Shown here piece after piece: positions 53,882-62,806 of a stretch of 64,000 nucleotides of DNA. Origin of the DNA: Candidatus Micrarchaeia archaeon (lineage in GTDB: Archaea; Micrarchaeota; Micrarchaeia; Burarchaeales; JACRGF01). The stretch spans positions 68,456 through 132,455 of the forward strand of contig JAWAFC010000001.1 of assembly GCA_038890815.1 (NCBI GenBank), written 5' to 3'. Each line of letters begins with the position of its first letter. Position 1 is the stretch's first letter. The notes under the pieces are model-generated. The model ran no database searches. It was not told the origin of the DNA and worked only from the letters and a program-made list of their open reading frames with translations. The position numbers and the translations under genes were made by a program.

Positions 53882-53928
53882 TTTTTTTCTGTTTTTCTGC
53901 TTTCTTTTTCTGCTTTCTTTTTTTCTTT
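53880..53928 (+). terminator. T-rich tract (oligo-T runs) between convergent genes, a plausible archaeal intrinsic terminator
   Basis: The sequence gatttttttctgtttttctgctttctttttctgctttctttttttctttttatt follows the small ORF. Confidence 0.4.
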
Positions 53929-54129
53929 TTATTCAGACTCAGCGACCGGCAGAAGCAGCTCTTCGGCACCAAGCTGCGGCTCTTCGGAATCCACCTCAAG
54001 CAGCTTCTCGACGTCAGCTAGCGCCACGCCCGCTGTGATGGATGTGGTGGCGTTGGCTGGTGGTTGTGGGGCTATGCAACCAAACAGAAGCATCAGGAAA
54101 ACGATTGCGAGAATAAGGCGCACGTTCAT
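53929..54129 (-). CDS. Small secreted lipoprotein (hypothetical)
   Basis: The 66-aa ORF has an LLFGC lipobox. It starts 4 nt after the stop of the upstream secreted protein. Confidence 0.4.
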   Translation of the reverse strand: MNVRLILAIVFLMLLFGCIAPQPPANATTSITAGVALADVEKLLEVDSEEPQLGAEELLLPVAESE

Positions 54130-54132
54130 TTT

Positions 54133-55041
54133 TCACCTTCCGCTCCTGAGCAGTTCGCGAATGGCCTGCACTTCCTGTGCTACGGTCGCCAGCCCGCTCC
54201 AGCACGCCCTGGTGTTTTCCCTGTAGGTTGCCGGATCGCTCACGCTGCTGGCCGGACATTGCGCGAGCATATTCTGCACCCTTCCCTGCAACGCGCCCAT
54301 GCGCGCAACGAGCTCGTCTTTGTTGGTGACATTGCTCGCCGCAATTTGTGGCTGCGCCCATTTCAGTATTGCGAGAATGCGCTCGAGGCGGTAATTGACT
54401 GTTAGGCGCGAGTCCTGCAAGGCGACGGAAAGAAAACCGGGCGCATCCGAAACAGCATCGAGTTGGGCGAGGAGCCCGTTTCCGGCTCCCACGAGCGCTG
54501 AGAGCGCTGCGGTGTCAATCCCCCTGCGGTTCAGATTTGATATGTCTTCCTCAGCGTGCGCGATCTGGTTTCCTATAAAATCTTTTGAGGCCACTTTTGC
54601 CGCCTGAATGGCTGAGCTTATACATCTGCTAAACGTGTTGTTGTGCATGCTGCGCTGCGAGCGCGTGCAATCCAAAACCGCTTTTCTCTGCGAGGCGTTG
54701 AGACCTGGCTGGCCTCTGAGACCGACGAGTGCTTGCAGCGCGGCCTGAAGGTCGTTGCGAGTCCGCTGGAGCGCGACCTGAAGCTCGCGCCTGTTTGTCG
54801 CGCTCTGCAACGCGCTCTTGTCCGCATTGAGCGCGGAAATGTAAAGTGAAAAATCTGGCGGGGTTGTGCCGCTGCGGGCATAGCACTGCGCAATTGCGTT
54901 CAGGTTGTTTATCGCATACTCGACCCTGCAGGTCGCGAGCGATGCGCGCGCGACGAGCACATCCGAACCCGCTGGATTCTGATAGAACGCAACGGTCAAA
55001 GAAGCGAGCAGAAGCAAGGAGGCAAATCTCACAAAACGCAT
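54133..55041 (-). CDS. Secreted protein of unknown function (signal peptide, Gln/Ala-rich helical)
   Basis: The 302-aa ORF has an N-terminal hydrophobic signal (FASLLLLASLTVA). Confidence 0.6.
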   Translation of the reverse strand: MRFVRFASLLLLASLTVAFYQNPAGSDVLVARASLATCRVEYAINNLNAIAQCYARSGTTPPDFSLYISALNADKSALQSATNRRELQVALQRTRNDLQAALQALVGLRGQPGLNASQRKAVLDCTRSQRSMHNNTFSRCISSAIQAAKVASKDFIGNQIAHAEEDISNLNRRGIDTAALSALVGAGNGLLAQLDAVSDAPGFLSVALQDSRLTVNYRLERILAILKWAQPQIAASNVTNKDELVARMGALQGRVQNMLAQCPASSVSDPATYRENTRACWSGLATVAQEVQAIRELLRSGR

Positions 55042-55187
55042 TTATCTACAAACTTTAAAGTCGTATCGGATTCAGAGAGCAGGCCTCTGCGGAGGCTTTT
55101 TGTTGGGCTTGCACTTGCCCGTCCGCGGATCGTAAATGTATTTGTAGAACTTTCTTTTCTCCCTTCTTAACGCGAGCACGCAATGAA

Positions 55188-55616
55188 TTATGCCTTTCGG
55201 GATATAAAAAGGTATCTAGCGCGTAGCACGATAGGTAGCATGAGCGTAGTAAGTCCGGCCCACACGCCAACAACGAACGCGACGTACAGCACGAGTGGGG
55301 CGAGCGCGAGCAGAAGCGCCCACCATGGGATGAATGAGAACATTGTGGAAAGCGTGTCCCATGAGAGAGCCAGAATGGCCGAGGCGAGCGCCAGAAACAT
55401 CGTACCGCTCACGAAACCCGTCACAACCGACAGCATGATGTGGGGGAGCCGCCTGCGCGCTCTCCCAGCGAAGTCGCCTGCTATGTAAAGAAGGAGCGCG
55501 ATCGGCCTGCGGAAATCATGTATAAAGAGAAGCGCGCGTAAGATGAGGAAAGAAACGAGTGAGAATGCCAATTGTCCGGCTTTCGCTGTGAGCTTTCTGG
55601 CCGTTGCAAGCATGGA
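55188..55616 (-). CDS. Hypothetical membrane protein
   Basis: It has about four TM helices. The start was moved to the internal Met (MLATARK) to avoid overlap with polX. Confidence 0.5.
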   Translation of the reverse strand, partial: SMLATARKLTAKAGQLAFSLVSFLILRALLFIHDFRRPIALLLYIAGDFAGRARRRLPHIMLSVVTGFVSGTMFLALASAILALSWDTLSTMFSFIPWWALLLALAPLVLYVAFVVGVWAGLTTLMLPIVLRARYLFISRKA

Positions 55617-55659
55617 GCTATTTTGCTGAGGGGATATAAATAGTTGCGCTTTGGCGGTT

Positions 55660-57381
55660 TCATAGCCCGAGTTTTTTTTCGAGCTCTTTGAGCGGCAGGC
55701 AGTTAATGACATCTTTCTTTTCCAGCCAACCTCTCCTTGCAGTGTGCACGCCTAACTCGATAAAACGAAGGTGCTCGGTCGAGTGGGAATCGGTGCTTAT
55801 GGCGAACAGCGCGCCCTTTTTCTTTGCGAGGCGAATATGCTCGTCATTCAGATCGGTTCTATCCGGAAAGGCGTTTATCTCGAGAATCTTTTTGTTCTCA
55901 ACGCAAAAATCAATGACTCTCTCCAGGTCCACGTTGTAGGGTTCTCGCTGGCCGATGAGCCTGCCCGTGGGATGCGCAAAGATGTCAACATGCTCGTTGT
56001 CGAGCGCGCGTAGTATGCGCCGGGTTATCTCATCCCGAGGCTGATTGAAGTGCGAATGCACGGCCGCGATGACCACATCGAGCTCAGCAAGCACAGCGTT
56101 GCCCAGGTCAAGCTCGCCTTCCTTTGTTATGTTCACCTCGGCCCCCTTGAGCAGCCGGATGCCAGTGCTATTCTCAGCTTTCTCAATATTCCGCATGTGC
56201 TCGCGCATGCGCCTGTCATCCAGCCCGTGCGCGACATACAGCGTGCCCGTGTGGTCGCTTATGGCGAGATATTCATAGCCCATTTGTTTCGCTGCCTCGG
56301 CCATCTCCTCGATGGTGTTGACCCCGTCCGTTATTTTAGTGTGCACGTGGAACTCCCCGCGGATGTCCTTCTGCTCTATTAGTTTGGGCAGCCTTCCCTC
56401 CCTTGCTGCCTCTATCTCGCCCGTGTTCTCGCGCAACTCGGGCTCTATGTAGGCCAGACCGAGTTTCCGGTAAATCTCCTCCTCTGTCCTGCCGGCTATT
56501 CTCTTTCCACTTTTCTCCTCAAATAGCCCGTATTCGCTGAGCTTCCAGCCCTTCTCGTTCGCAATGCGCCGCGTGGCGATGTTGTGCTCTTTTGAGCCCG
56601 TGAAATACTGGAGCGCGGCGCCGAAAGCCTCGGGCTCAACCACGCGCAGGTCGCAGTTCAGGCCATTCTTAAGGCGAACGCTGCTCTTTGTCTCCCCTTT
56701 GGCGAGAACCTCTTCGACATAAGGCAGGGAGGTGAAGTGATCCATGACCGCCTTCGGGTCGGTGGAGGTCACGAGGATGTCGATGTCGCCGATCGTTTCC
56801 TTCCATCGACGCACGCTGCCGGCCGGCTCTATCTGCCCGACCGCCCGGTGTTTTTTCAGCGCGGCAACTATAGCCTTTACATCCTCGAGCACATACCCGA
56901 GCATTGCCCGCCCCCTTGACCTCTCGAGCAGCTCTATGCCGTGGAGTATCTCGCTCTCGCTCTTTTCTCCAAACCCACGCAATTTTCTTATCAGGTGGGC
57001 TGAAGCGGCCTTCTTCAAATCCTCGAGGTTCCTTATTCTCAACTCATCGTACAATCGTTTGGCTTTTTTCGGGCCGAGACCGGGCACGCTTGTGAGCTCG
57101 ATGAGCTCGATGGGGAGCTGTCGCTTGAGCTCCTCGTGAAGAGTTATCTTGCCCTTGGCAAGCCATTCAGCTATCTTCTCGGCAATGCTCTCGCCCACAC
57201 CTGGTATTTCGGTCAGTTTGTGCCCCCTCGCAAACTCGGCGATGTCCTGGCTCATCGTCTCGATGGCCTGTGCGGCCTTCCTGTAGGCGTTGGGCTTCCA
57301 CTGCACGCCCTGAATCTCGTACATGTCGGCAATTTCGTAAAGGAGCTTGGCCAGCTCTTGGTTGCGCATGCCAGACCTCAT
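55660..57381 (-). CDS. polX: DNA polymerase X family (Pol beta-like) with a C-terminal PHP phosphoesterase domain
   Basis: It has HhH motifs, a nucleotidyltransferase core (GS.RR.KET.GD.DIL) and PHP motifs (HVHTKITDG, ISDH). Confidence 0.9.
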   Translation of the reverse strand: MRSGMRNQELAKLLYEIADMYEIQGVQWKPNAYRKAAQAIETMSQDIAEFARGHKLTEIPGVGESIAEKIAEWLAKGKITLHEELKRQLPIELIELTSVPGLGPKKAKRLYDELRIRNLEDLKKAASAHLIRKLRGFGEKSESEILHGIELLERSRGRAMLGYVLEDVKAIVAALKKHRAVGQIEPAGSVRRWKETIGDIDILVTSTDPKAVMDHFTSLPYVEEVLAKGETKSSVRLKNGLNCDLRVVEPEAFGAALQYFTGSKEHNIATRRIANEKGWKLSEYGLFEEKSGKRIAGRTEEEIYRKLGLAYIEPELRENTGEIEAAREGRLPKLIEQKDIRGEFHVHTKITDGVNTIEEMAEAAKQMGYEYLAISDHTGTLYVAHGLDDRRMREHMRNIEKAENSTGIRLLKGAEVNITKEGELDLGNAVLAELDVVIAAVHSHFNQPRDEITRRILRALDNEHVDIFAHPTGRLIGQREPYNVDLERVIDFCVENKKILEINAFPDRTDLNDEHIRLAKKKGALFAISTDSHSTEHLRFIELGVHTARRGWLEKKDVINCLPLKELEKKLGL

Positions 57382-59087
57382 TTTCCTTTGAACATCTGTA
57401 GCACTTCCTGCGTTGTAGTGGCATCCTCGGCTTTCTTATCCGCTCTGACAAAACCGACTACACGCGGAAAGCGTAGGGAGAGACCCATGCCCTTCTCGGC
57501 TGCGCACGTGTGCACGGGCGAGCGCGTGATCTCATCCGCGCGCACCTCAATCACATACCTCGGAGTCACCCACACGTCAGCCTCCAAATTCGCCACGAGA
57601 TTCGGCGGCTTATGCCTGAGCGAGATCGCATCCAGCATCCTCTTCAATTCCCTCGTCTGCTCCTCGGTCAGCCCGCTGCCTATCTTCGCGATCGTTTCAA
57701 AATTCCCAGTCTGTTTGTTGAAAACAGCACCGACGAGCGCGCCGATGCCGAGCGCCGCCCTCTTGCCCTTGCCCTTGAAATAGCCCACAATGGCCACATC
57801 CACCGTGTCGGCGAGCTTTCCCTTGTAGCTCCGCTTTAGCTTTATCCAGTCGTATCCGCGCGCGCCAGCGGAGTAGATGCTCTTCGGATCTTTAGCGAGA
57901 ATGCCCTCAAGCCCCTCACTGACATACTCGTTGAAGAGCGCATCGATCTCCTCGGGCTTATTTACGATCTTTTCCTGCGCCACTTCTATGGTCTCGCCCG
58001 CCCTCAGCATTTCGCGCAGTGCGCGCTTCCTCTCGGTGTAGGGTTTGCCGAGAAAGCTCTCTCCGTCTCTATAGAGGAGGTCGAATGCGAAGAGCTTGAG
58101 CGGCAGCTCTTCGGCTTTCTCGGCAACGCCATGCTTTCTCTTTCTCTGTATGGTAACCTGGAAGGGCTGGAAGGTGCCCGTGCTCTCATCATAGGCCAGT
58201 GCCTCGCCCTCAAAAATCGCCTCCCTCGCCTTCACCTGTTTCTTTGTAGCCTCCACGATTTCGGGGAACATGTAGGTTGTCTCCTCGAGATTTCTGGAAT
58301 ACAGCTTGACCTCCTCTCCCTTCTTATGTACTTGCACGCGAAAGCCATCGTACTTGGGCTCAACGGCACACGTGCCCATACGCTTGATGATCTCTTCGGC
58401 GCTTGAGAGCCGCTGGGCGAGTGCGGGCCTGATGGGCCTGAAGAGCCGGACCTCCTGCTCGGAGATTTTCTTCAGGCCTTTTTCGAGGAATGCTTCGGCC
58501 ACCGCCCCAAGATCCGAGGAAACGTTATAGGCATTCTCGAGCTCCTGCCTCAGCTCCTTTGTGCCTTTTTTTGCAACCGACAATGCATCCAGAAATGTAT
58601 AGGCGCCAACGCCCATGCGCAGCTTGCCGAGCACGATGCGCGCGATGTATTTAGCCTCCAGAGGGGTGGCATCGCGGAAAAGCGCGGCCAGCAGGCTGAT
58701 TTTCTTTTCCTGGCTACCGGCACCGGTCGCCTGCGCGATTTCCATGAATCTTTTGTACACTTCTTCCAGCTCTAGCTCAGATTTGCCTTTTTTGGCCAGC
58801 GCGCTTGCCACTAGCCCGAGATCGCCCTTCTCCTTATAGGCCTTTTCCACATCAGCCCTTTCCACCCCATAGGCCTGCGCGATCGCCTCCGTCATGAGCT
58901 TGTCGGCGACATTGAACCGAACGTTTTCGAAAGAAGGCCTCAGCTCGCCCTCCAGCAGATACGCCAATATGTGGGCTTCGGCAGGCTTTGCCTTTGCCAG
59001 CAGCTCAGCGAGGATGTTGGTCATCTGTATGCGCGAGGTGATGGCCTCAAGTTGCTCAAAAACGCCCGCGAGCTCGGCAAAGCGCAT
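57378..59087 (-). CDS. lig: ATP-dependent DNA ligase
   Basis: It has the KxDG adenylation motif (EPKYDGFRVQVH) and DNA-binding, adenylation and OB domains. The ORF is 569 aa. Confidence 0.9.
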   Translation of the reverse strand: MRFAELAGVFEQLEAITSRIQMTNILAELLAKAKPAEAHILAYLLEGELRPSFENVRFNVADKLMTEAIAQAYGVERADVEKAYKEKGDLGLVASALAKKGKSELELEEVYKRFMEIAQATGAGSQEKKISLLAALFRDATPLEAKYIARIVLGKLRMGVGAYTFLDALSVAKKGTKELRQELENAYNVSSDLGAVAEAFLEKGLKKISEQEVRLFRPIRPALAQRLSSAEEIIKRMGTCAVEPKYDGFRVQVHKKGEEVKLYSRNLEETTYMFPEIVEATKKQVKAREAIFEGEALAYDESTGTFQPFQVTIQRKRKHGVAEKAEELPLKLFAFDLLYRDGESFLGKPYTERKRALREMLRAGETIEVAQEKIVNKPEEIDALFNEYVSEGLEGILAKDPKSIYSAGARGYDWIKLKRSYKGKLADTVDVAIVGYFKGKGKRAALGIGALVGAVFNKQTGNFETIAKIGSGLTEEQTRELKRMLDAISLRHKPPNLVANLEADVWVTPRYVIEVRADEITRSPVHTCAAEKGMGLSLRFPRVVGFVRADKKAEDATTTQEVLQMFKGK

Positions 59088-59090
59088 AAA

Positions 59091-59651
59091 TCAGCGCCTC
59101 CTTTTTTCTTCCTCGATAATTCTCCTAAGGAGATTGATCATTTCTTGGAAATTGCTTTTTTCCACGAGAGATAGATTTTTGTTCGGCAGAAAGAATCCTT
59201 CAAAAAAGTTTTGCAGTAGGTCGAGTGTTTTTGTCGGATTTATTCCGGCTGCTTTTCTGACTGCTTCTTCCGCTCCGCGGTTGTCTCCGAGAAAGAGGTT
59301 GCAGAGGCCAGCCATAAAAAGTGGATCTACAGAAGCAGGATTTAGGTTGCTTGCCTGCTGAAAGGATGCGAGCGCTTCCTCGAGTCTGCCCATCTGAAAT
59401 AAGCACATCCCTCTTGCGTGAGTAGGAAGGAATTCTTTTGGCTCAAGCCTGGCAGCTTCCTCGAATTCAGTAAGCGCCTCCTCAAGCTTGCCCATGCCCT
59501 GCAGGCACTCCGCCTTCAAGTAGTGCAGAAAACCATCTTCTGGCTTAAGTTTGATGATCTCATCCAGACATTCGACTGCCCCTTTGAGGTCCCCTGCCTC
59601 GAGGAGGGCATTACATTTTGCCACAAGACCTTCCACGAGCCCATCCTTCAT
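59091..59651 (-). CDS. TPR-repeat protein
   Basis: The 186-aa ORF has at least four TPR-like repeats (A..C...G....A...F..A..L.P). Confidence 0.75.
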   Translation of the reverse strand: MKDGLVEGLVAKCNALLEAGDLKGAVECLDEIIKLKPEDGFLHYLKAECLQGMGKLEEALTEFEEAARLEPKEFLPTHARGMCLFQMGRLEEALASFQQASNLNPASVDPLFMAGLCNLFLGDNRGAEEAVRKAAGINPTKTLDLLQNFFEGFFLPNKNLSLVEKSNFQEMINLLRRIIEEEKRRR

Positions 59652-59708
59652 GAAAGAAATTATTGCAACTTTTATAAATATGTATAGAGCCTTTAATTAG
59701 GAGAAGCT

Positions 59709-61205
59709 ATGGGCGAAATAACAGCGAAAAAAGCTGAGCCAGAGATTATCAAATATCCACCCGTAAGTGCAGAGCAGATTTCCCCTTTTGCAGGTAGAAC
59801 CTTTCCCACTGAAGAAATAATAAGACGACCGACTTTCTGGGAGAGATGGATTCCCACTGATTTATGGAATGCCTATGTGAAAACGAAGAGGTTTTTGGTG
59901 GGAGTTTATTTTTTTGGAAAAGCGCTCATTGAGGGGACTGTTGAGGAAATTAAAAACAATCCAATAGAATTAGCGCCGATGTATTCTTTCGTGGACGCAG
60001 CGAAGATGTTAGACGACATGAGAATAAAAGGGTACACCCCGGAGAATGTAGGCTTGTATGGTTTCTTTACCCTTATGGGGGCTCTTGATATTCCTTCTTT
60101 CGGAAAGGTGAGTATGCTCAAAAAAGTGCTGAAGGAAGGATTTGAAGAGTTTGGAAAAATGGTTATAAAATACGGCGGGATAGGGGGAACCATTAAATAC
60201 TTTGCCGAAGCGGGTTTGAAGGAGGTTGCTGAGAGGGCAGGAGCGAAATTCGTGAGGGCTTCGGAAGTTTTTCTTACAGTAAGGGGAAAGAAACTGTCTC
60301 TGGAAGAAGCTGAGCGCCTGTTGAAGCAAGGCATAAAAGAGCTTGGCGGAGAGGAGGCTTTTAGAAGAACTCTCGGAAGGGCTAAGTCTAAATCTACCAT
60401 CAGAGGCGTCAAACTGCCTCCAGAAGAACGCAAAGCTCTGGAGTTGTATGAACTGAGTGACGGCATAAGGAGAACTAAGGATGGGTTCTACCATGCGGGC
60501 TATAAGTTTGTTGAAGAACTCGGTTTCTTGGAAAAGCTGAAGATGGGGGTAGAAATTACTGTGAAGGACATGGAAAAATTTCTTAAAGAGAGTAAAGTGT
60601 TTGAAGAGGCTGTAGGTGGGATAAAAGAAGTGCGGCATGCTGGATATGAAGTAGGGGGCCACACGTTGATTGAGATCACGGATAAAAGTGGTAGGAAGTA
60701 TCTGGCATTTGTCAGTACTCCTGGGGAGTCCCCATCGGCAATAGCGGAGAACGTCACGAATTACTTTGACGTAGTTTACAGTAAGGCCAAGACAATAAAA
60801 ATAGACGACCATGCCATCACGATGGTTCCTTTCTCGGAAAAGCCGAAATGGCCTATTGCGAAAACAGAGGCTACGCAACTGAGCGGTACGAAATTAAGCG
60901 GAGATGCGCTGTTAAAAAAAGTTAAGGAGGTTGAGCAAATAACATCGCGGGTAGGTGTTGAAATTAAAGACGTTTATGAACCTTCCACAGGAAAGTTTGT
61001 TTATAAAGTAACGTATGGAAAAGGTTTTTACGTCGCAACCGCGGACAAAAAAATGGCTGAGTATTACGTGCCTGAAGGAATGGCAAAGTTTGGGCTCCTT
61101 CCGACAAAAGATCCCCCGCTTGAGATAAGCCTGCCTTCTCCTGTGGACGGTTCAAACGTCCTTTATCTTTATCCCACAGGAACAAAAACTGTGACGAAAT
61201 ACTAG
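59709..61205 (+). CDS. Hypothetical protein (498 aa) in a compositionally atypical, lower-GC segment
   Basis: This is a long ORF with visibly A/T-richer codons than its flanks, Lys/Glu-rich and with no recognised motif. Confidence 0.6.
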   Translation: MGEITAKKAEPEIIKYPPVSAEQISPFAGRTFPTEEIIRRPTFWERWIPTDLWNAYVKTKRFLVGVYFFGKALIEGTVEEIKNNPIELAPMYSFVDAAKMLDDMRIKGYTPENVGLYGFFTLMGALDIPSFGKVSMLKKVLKEGFEEFGKMVIKYGGIGGTIKYFAEAGLKEVAERAGAKFVRASEVFLTVRGKKLSLEEAERLLKQGIKELGGEEAFRRTLGRAKSKSTIRGVKLPPEERKALELYELSDGIRRTKDGFYHAGYKFVEELGFLEKLKMGVEITVKDMEKFLKESKVFEEAVGGIKEVRHAGYEVGGHTLIEITDKSGRKYLAFVSTPGESPSAIAENVTNYFDVVYSKAKTIKIDDHAITMVPFSEKPKWPIAKTEATQLSGTKLSGDALLKKVKEVEQITSRVGVEIKDVYEPSTGKFVYKVTYGKGFYVATADKKMAEYYVPEGMAKFGLLPTKDPPLEISLPSPVDGSNVLYLYPTGTKTVTKY

Positions 61206-62263
61206 AGCTGCGCCAAAAGTTTCTCAAAAACCTCTCCAGGGTTGGTCTCAAGCCTTGATTGGAACTTCTGCGCTGCGCCGTTCGGGGCGAGCCCGCATTT
61301 TTCAGCTTCTTGCATGAGCTCGATCCATTTATCCCTCTCCCTGCATATTTCCGCGTGCTTTTCGATGAATGCCGCCTTGCCCCTTTCTCTGACCTCAGCG
61401 ACGAGCTCGAGCCGTTTATTCTGGAATAAATCGAGGATGCTCTCTTTGAGGGGGTTGGCTCCATCAAGATCTTCGGTGTTTTCAAACCTTCCGATGTATC
61501 TTGTGTTGGTGCGGACCAGCGAGCCCTCGTAGACGCTCAGCTCGGAGTAGTTTGGGGCGTTTTCTCCGAAGTAATAGCTTTCGGCAAGAATTCTTGAAAA
61601 GTCCTCAAAAATTTTTTCTGTCGAAAGCTCTCCAAACAAAGCCTGAAGGATTCCGCCGCTTAGGAAAACGCGCTCCATGCGGCCTCCGGTTTCAATGAAT
61701 GCAGAGGTTCCATCTCCGCCAACGCGCGCGAGCCGAAAGCCCTCGAGCGAAGAGCTGTCCGAAGCAAGCCTGAGAGCAAGCTCGATGTTGTCCTTAAGAT
61801 GCTCTGCTCTATCCTGCCACAGATCCATGCCAGCAAAAAAACGCGAGTGAACAGCGATTTTCCTCCTCCAGTCGAGGAGACACACGATAATATCAAATTT
61901 TGAAGAGTAAATGTGCAGAAAATATTCTGGGCTTTTTCCAATCGGCTTGTAATCAACGAAATCATCTAAGGGCAACCGTTCGGGCACAGTCCCTTCGATA
62001 GAATAGATGAAAGTGTAGGTGTTGCCTTTGCCGTCCATACCGTGCTCGAAATGGACTTCTTCCGGTATGTCGAGTTTTTCGACAAGGTCTCTGGGTAATT
62101 TTGAGAATACTTCTGCGATAACCTGCTCCCTGGTCAGCTTCTTATATTGCATCCTCTCAAGAGACTTTTCTGAGAGCTTTATCGCCCTCTCCATGCCGCT
62201 TGGCGGAGGCAGAGGCTGATTGTTTGGCTTTTTGGTCGTGTGCCTCATGGAAGCGTTACTCAA
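61202..62263 (-). CDS. Hypothetical protein (353 aa)
   Basis: This long ORF is convergent with the previous gene and has intermediate GC and no recognised motif. Confidence 0.55.
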   Translation of the reverse strand: MSNASMRHTTKKPNNQPLPPPSGMERAIKLSEKSLERMQYKKLTREQVIAEVFSKLPRDLVEKLDIPEEVHFEHGMDGKGNTYTFIYSIEGTVPERLPLDDFVDYKPIGKSPEYFLHIYSSKFDIIVCLLDWRRKIAVHSRFFAGMDLWQDRAEHLKDNIELALRLASDSSSLEGFRLARVGGDGTSAFIETGGRMERVFLSGGILQALFGELSTEKIFEDFSRILAESYYFGENAPNYSELSVYEGSLVRTNTRYIGRFENTEDLDGANPLKESILDLFQNKRLELVAEVRERGKAAFIEKHAEICRERDKWIELMQEAEKCGLAPNGAAQKFQSRLETNPGEVFEKLLAQL

Positions 62264-62278
62264 CCGAACAATTTAAAC

Positions 62279-62806
62279 CTACCAGCTGACCAGTATTTCG
62301 CGCACACCCCCCTTGTGCGGAACACGTATTTTTCCATACGGGTGGCCAAGCCTGTACAGGCGCAGGGCGAGCAGCGCATCGTGCGCGCAGTGAGCTTTCA
62401 CCCGCTCGCGCTCGCCACGCAGCCACAGCGCAGGCACCTCGGCCCCCCTCTCCCGCTTTCTCTCGCCGAAGTTCAGCAAAGCCAGCTCGCCCAACGAGTG
62501 CCATCTCCGCGTGTATCGGGCAAGCTCAAGCATGGTGTCAAAAGTTCTCGGAAGTAGCCGCTCGACCGCGCCCGTCGGCCAGTAGGGGCGCAGCACCTCA
62601 TAATCGAAATTCTGGATGTTGTGGCCTATGATGAGCAGCTCTTTCTGAGCGAGGGCGGCGAGCAGGTCGCGGGCCTCGTGCTCTTCAAAAAACCGCGGCT
62701 CCTCACCCTCGGCGGCGAGGCACGCCACCGCCAGGCCAAGTTCGGATATGTCCCCGCAACCAACTTCCCTCTTCGTCTCAATGTCAAGCGCGACGAGCTT
62801 GAGCAT
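62279..62806 (-). CDS. DEDDh-family 3'-5' exonuclease (DnaQ/RNase T-like)
   Basis: It has Exo I (LVALDIETK), Exo II (IGHNIQNFDYEVL) and Exo III (HCAHDALLALRLY). Confidence 0.7.
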   Translation of the reverse strand: MLKLVALDIETKREVGCGDISELGLAVACLAAEGEEPRFFEEHEARDLLAALAQKELLIIGHNIQNFDYEVLRPYWPTGAVERLLPRTFDTMLELARYTRRWHSLGELALLNFGERKRERGAEVPALWLRGERERVKAHCAHDALLALRLYRLGHPYGKIRVPHKGGVREILVSW

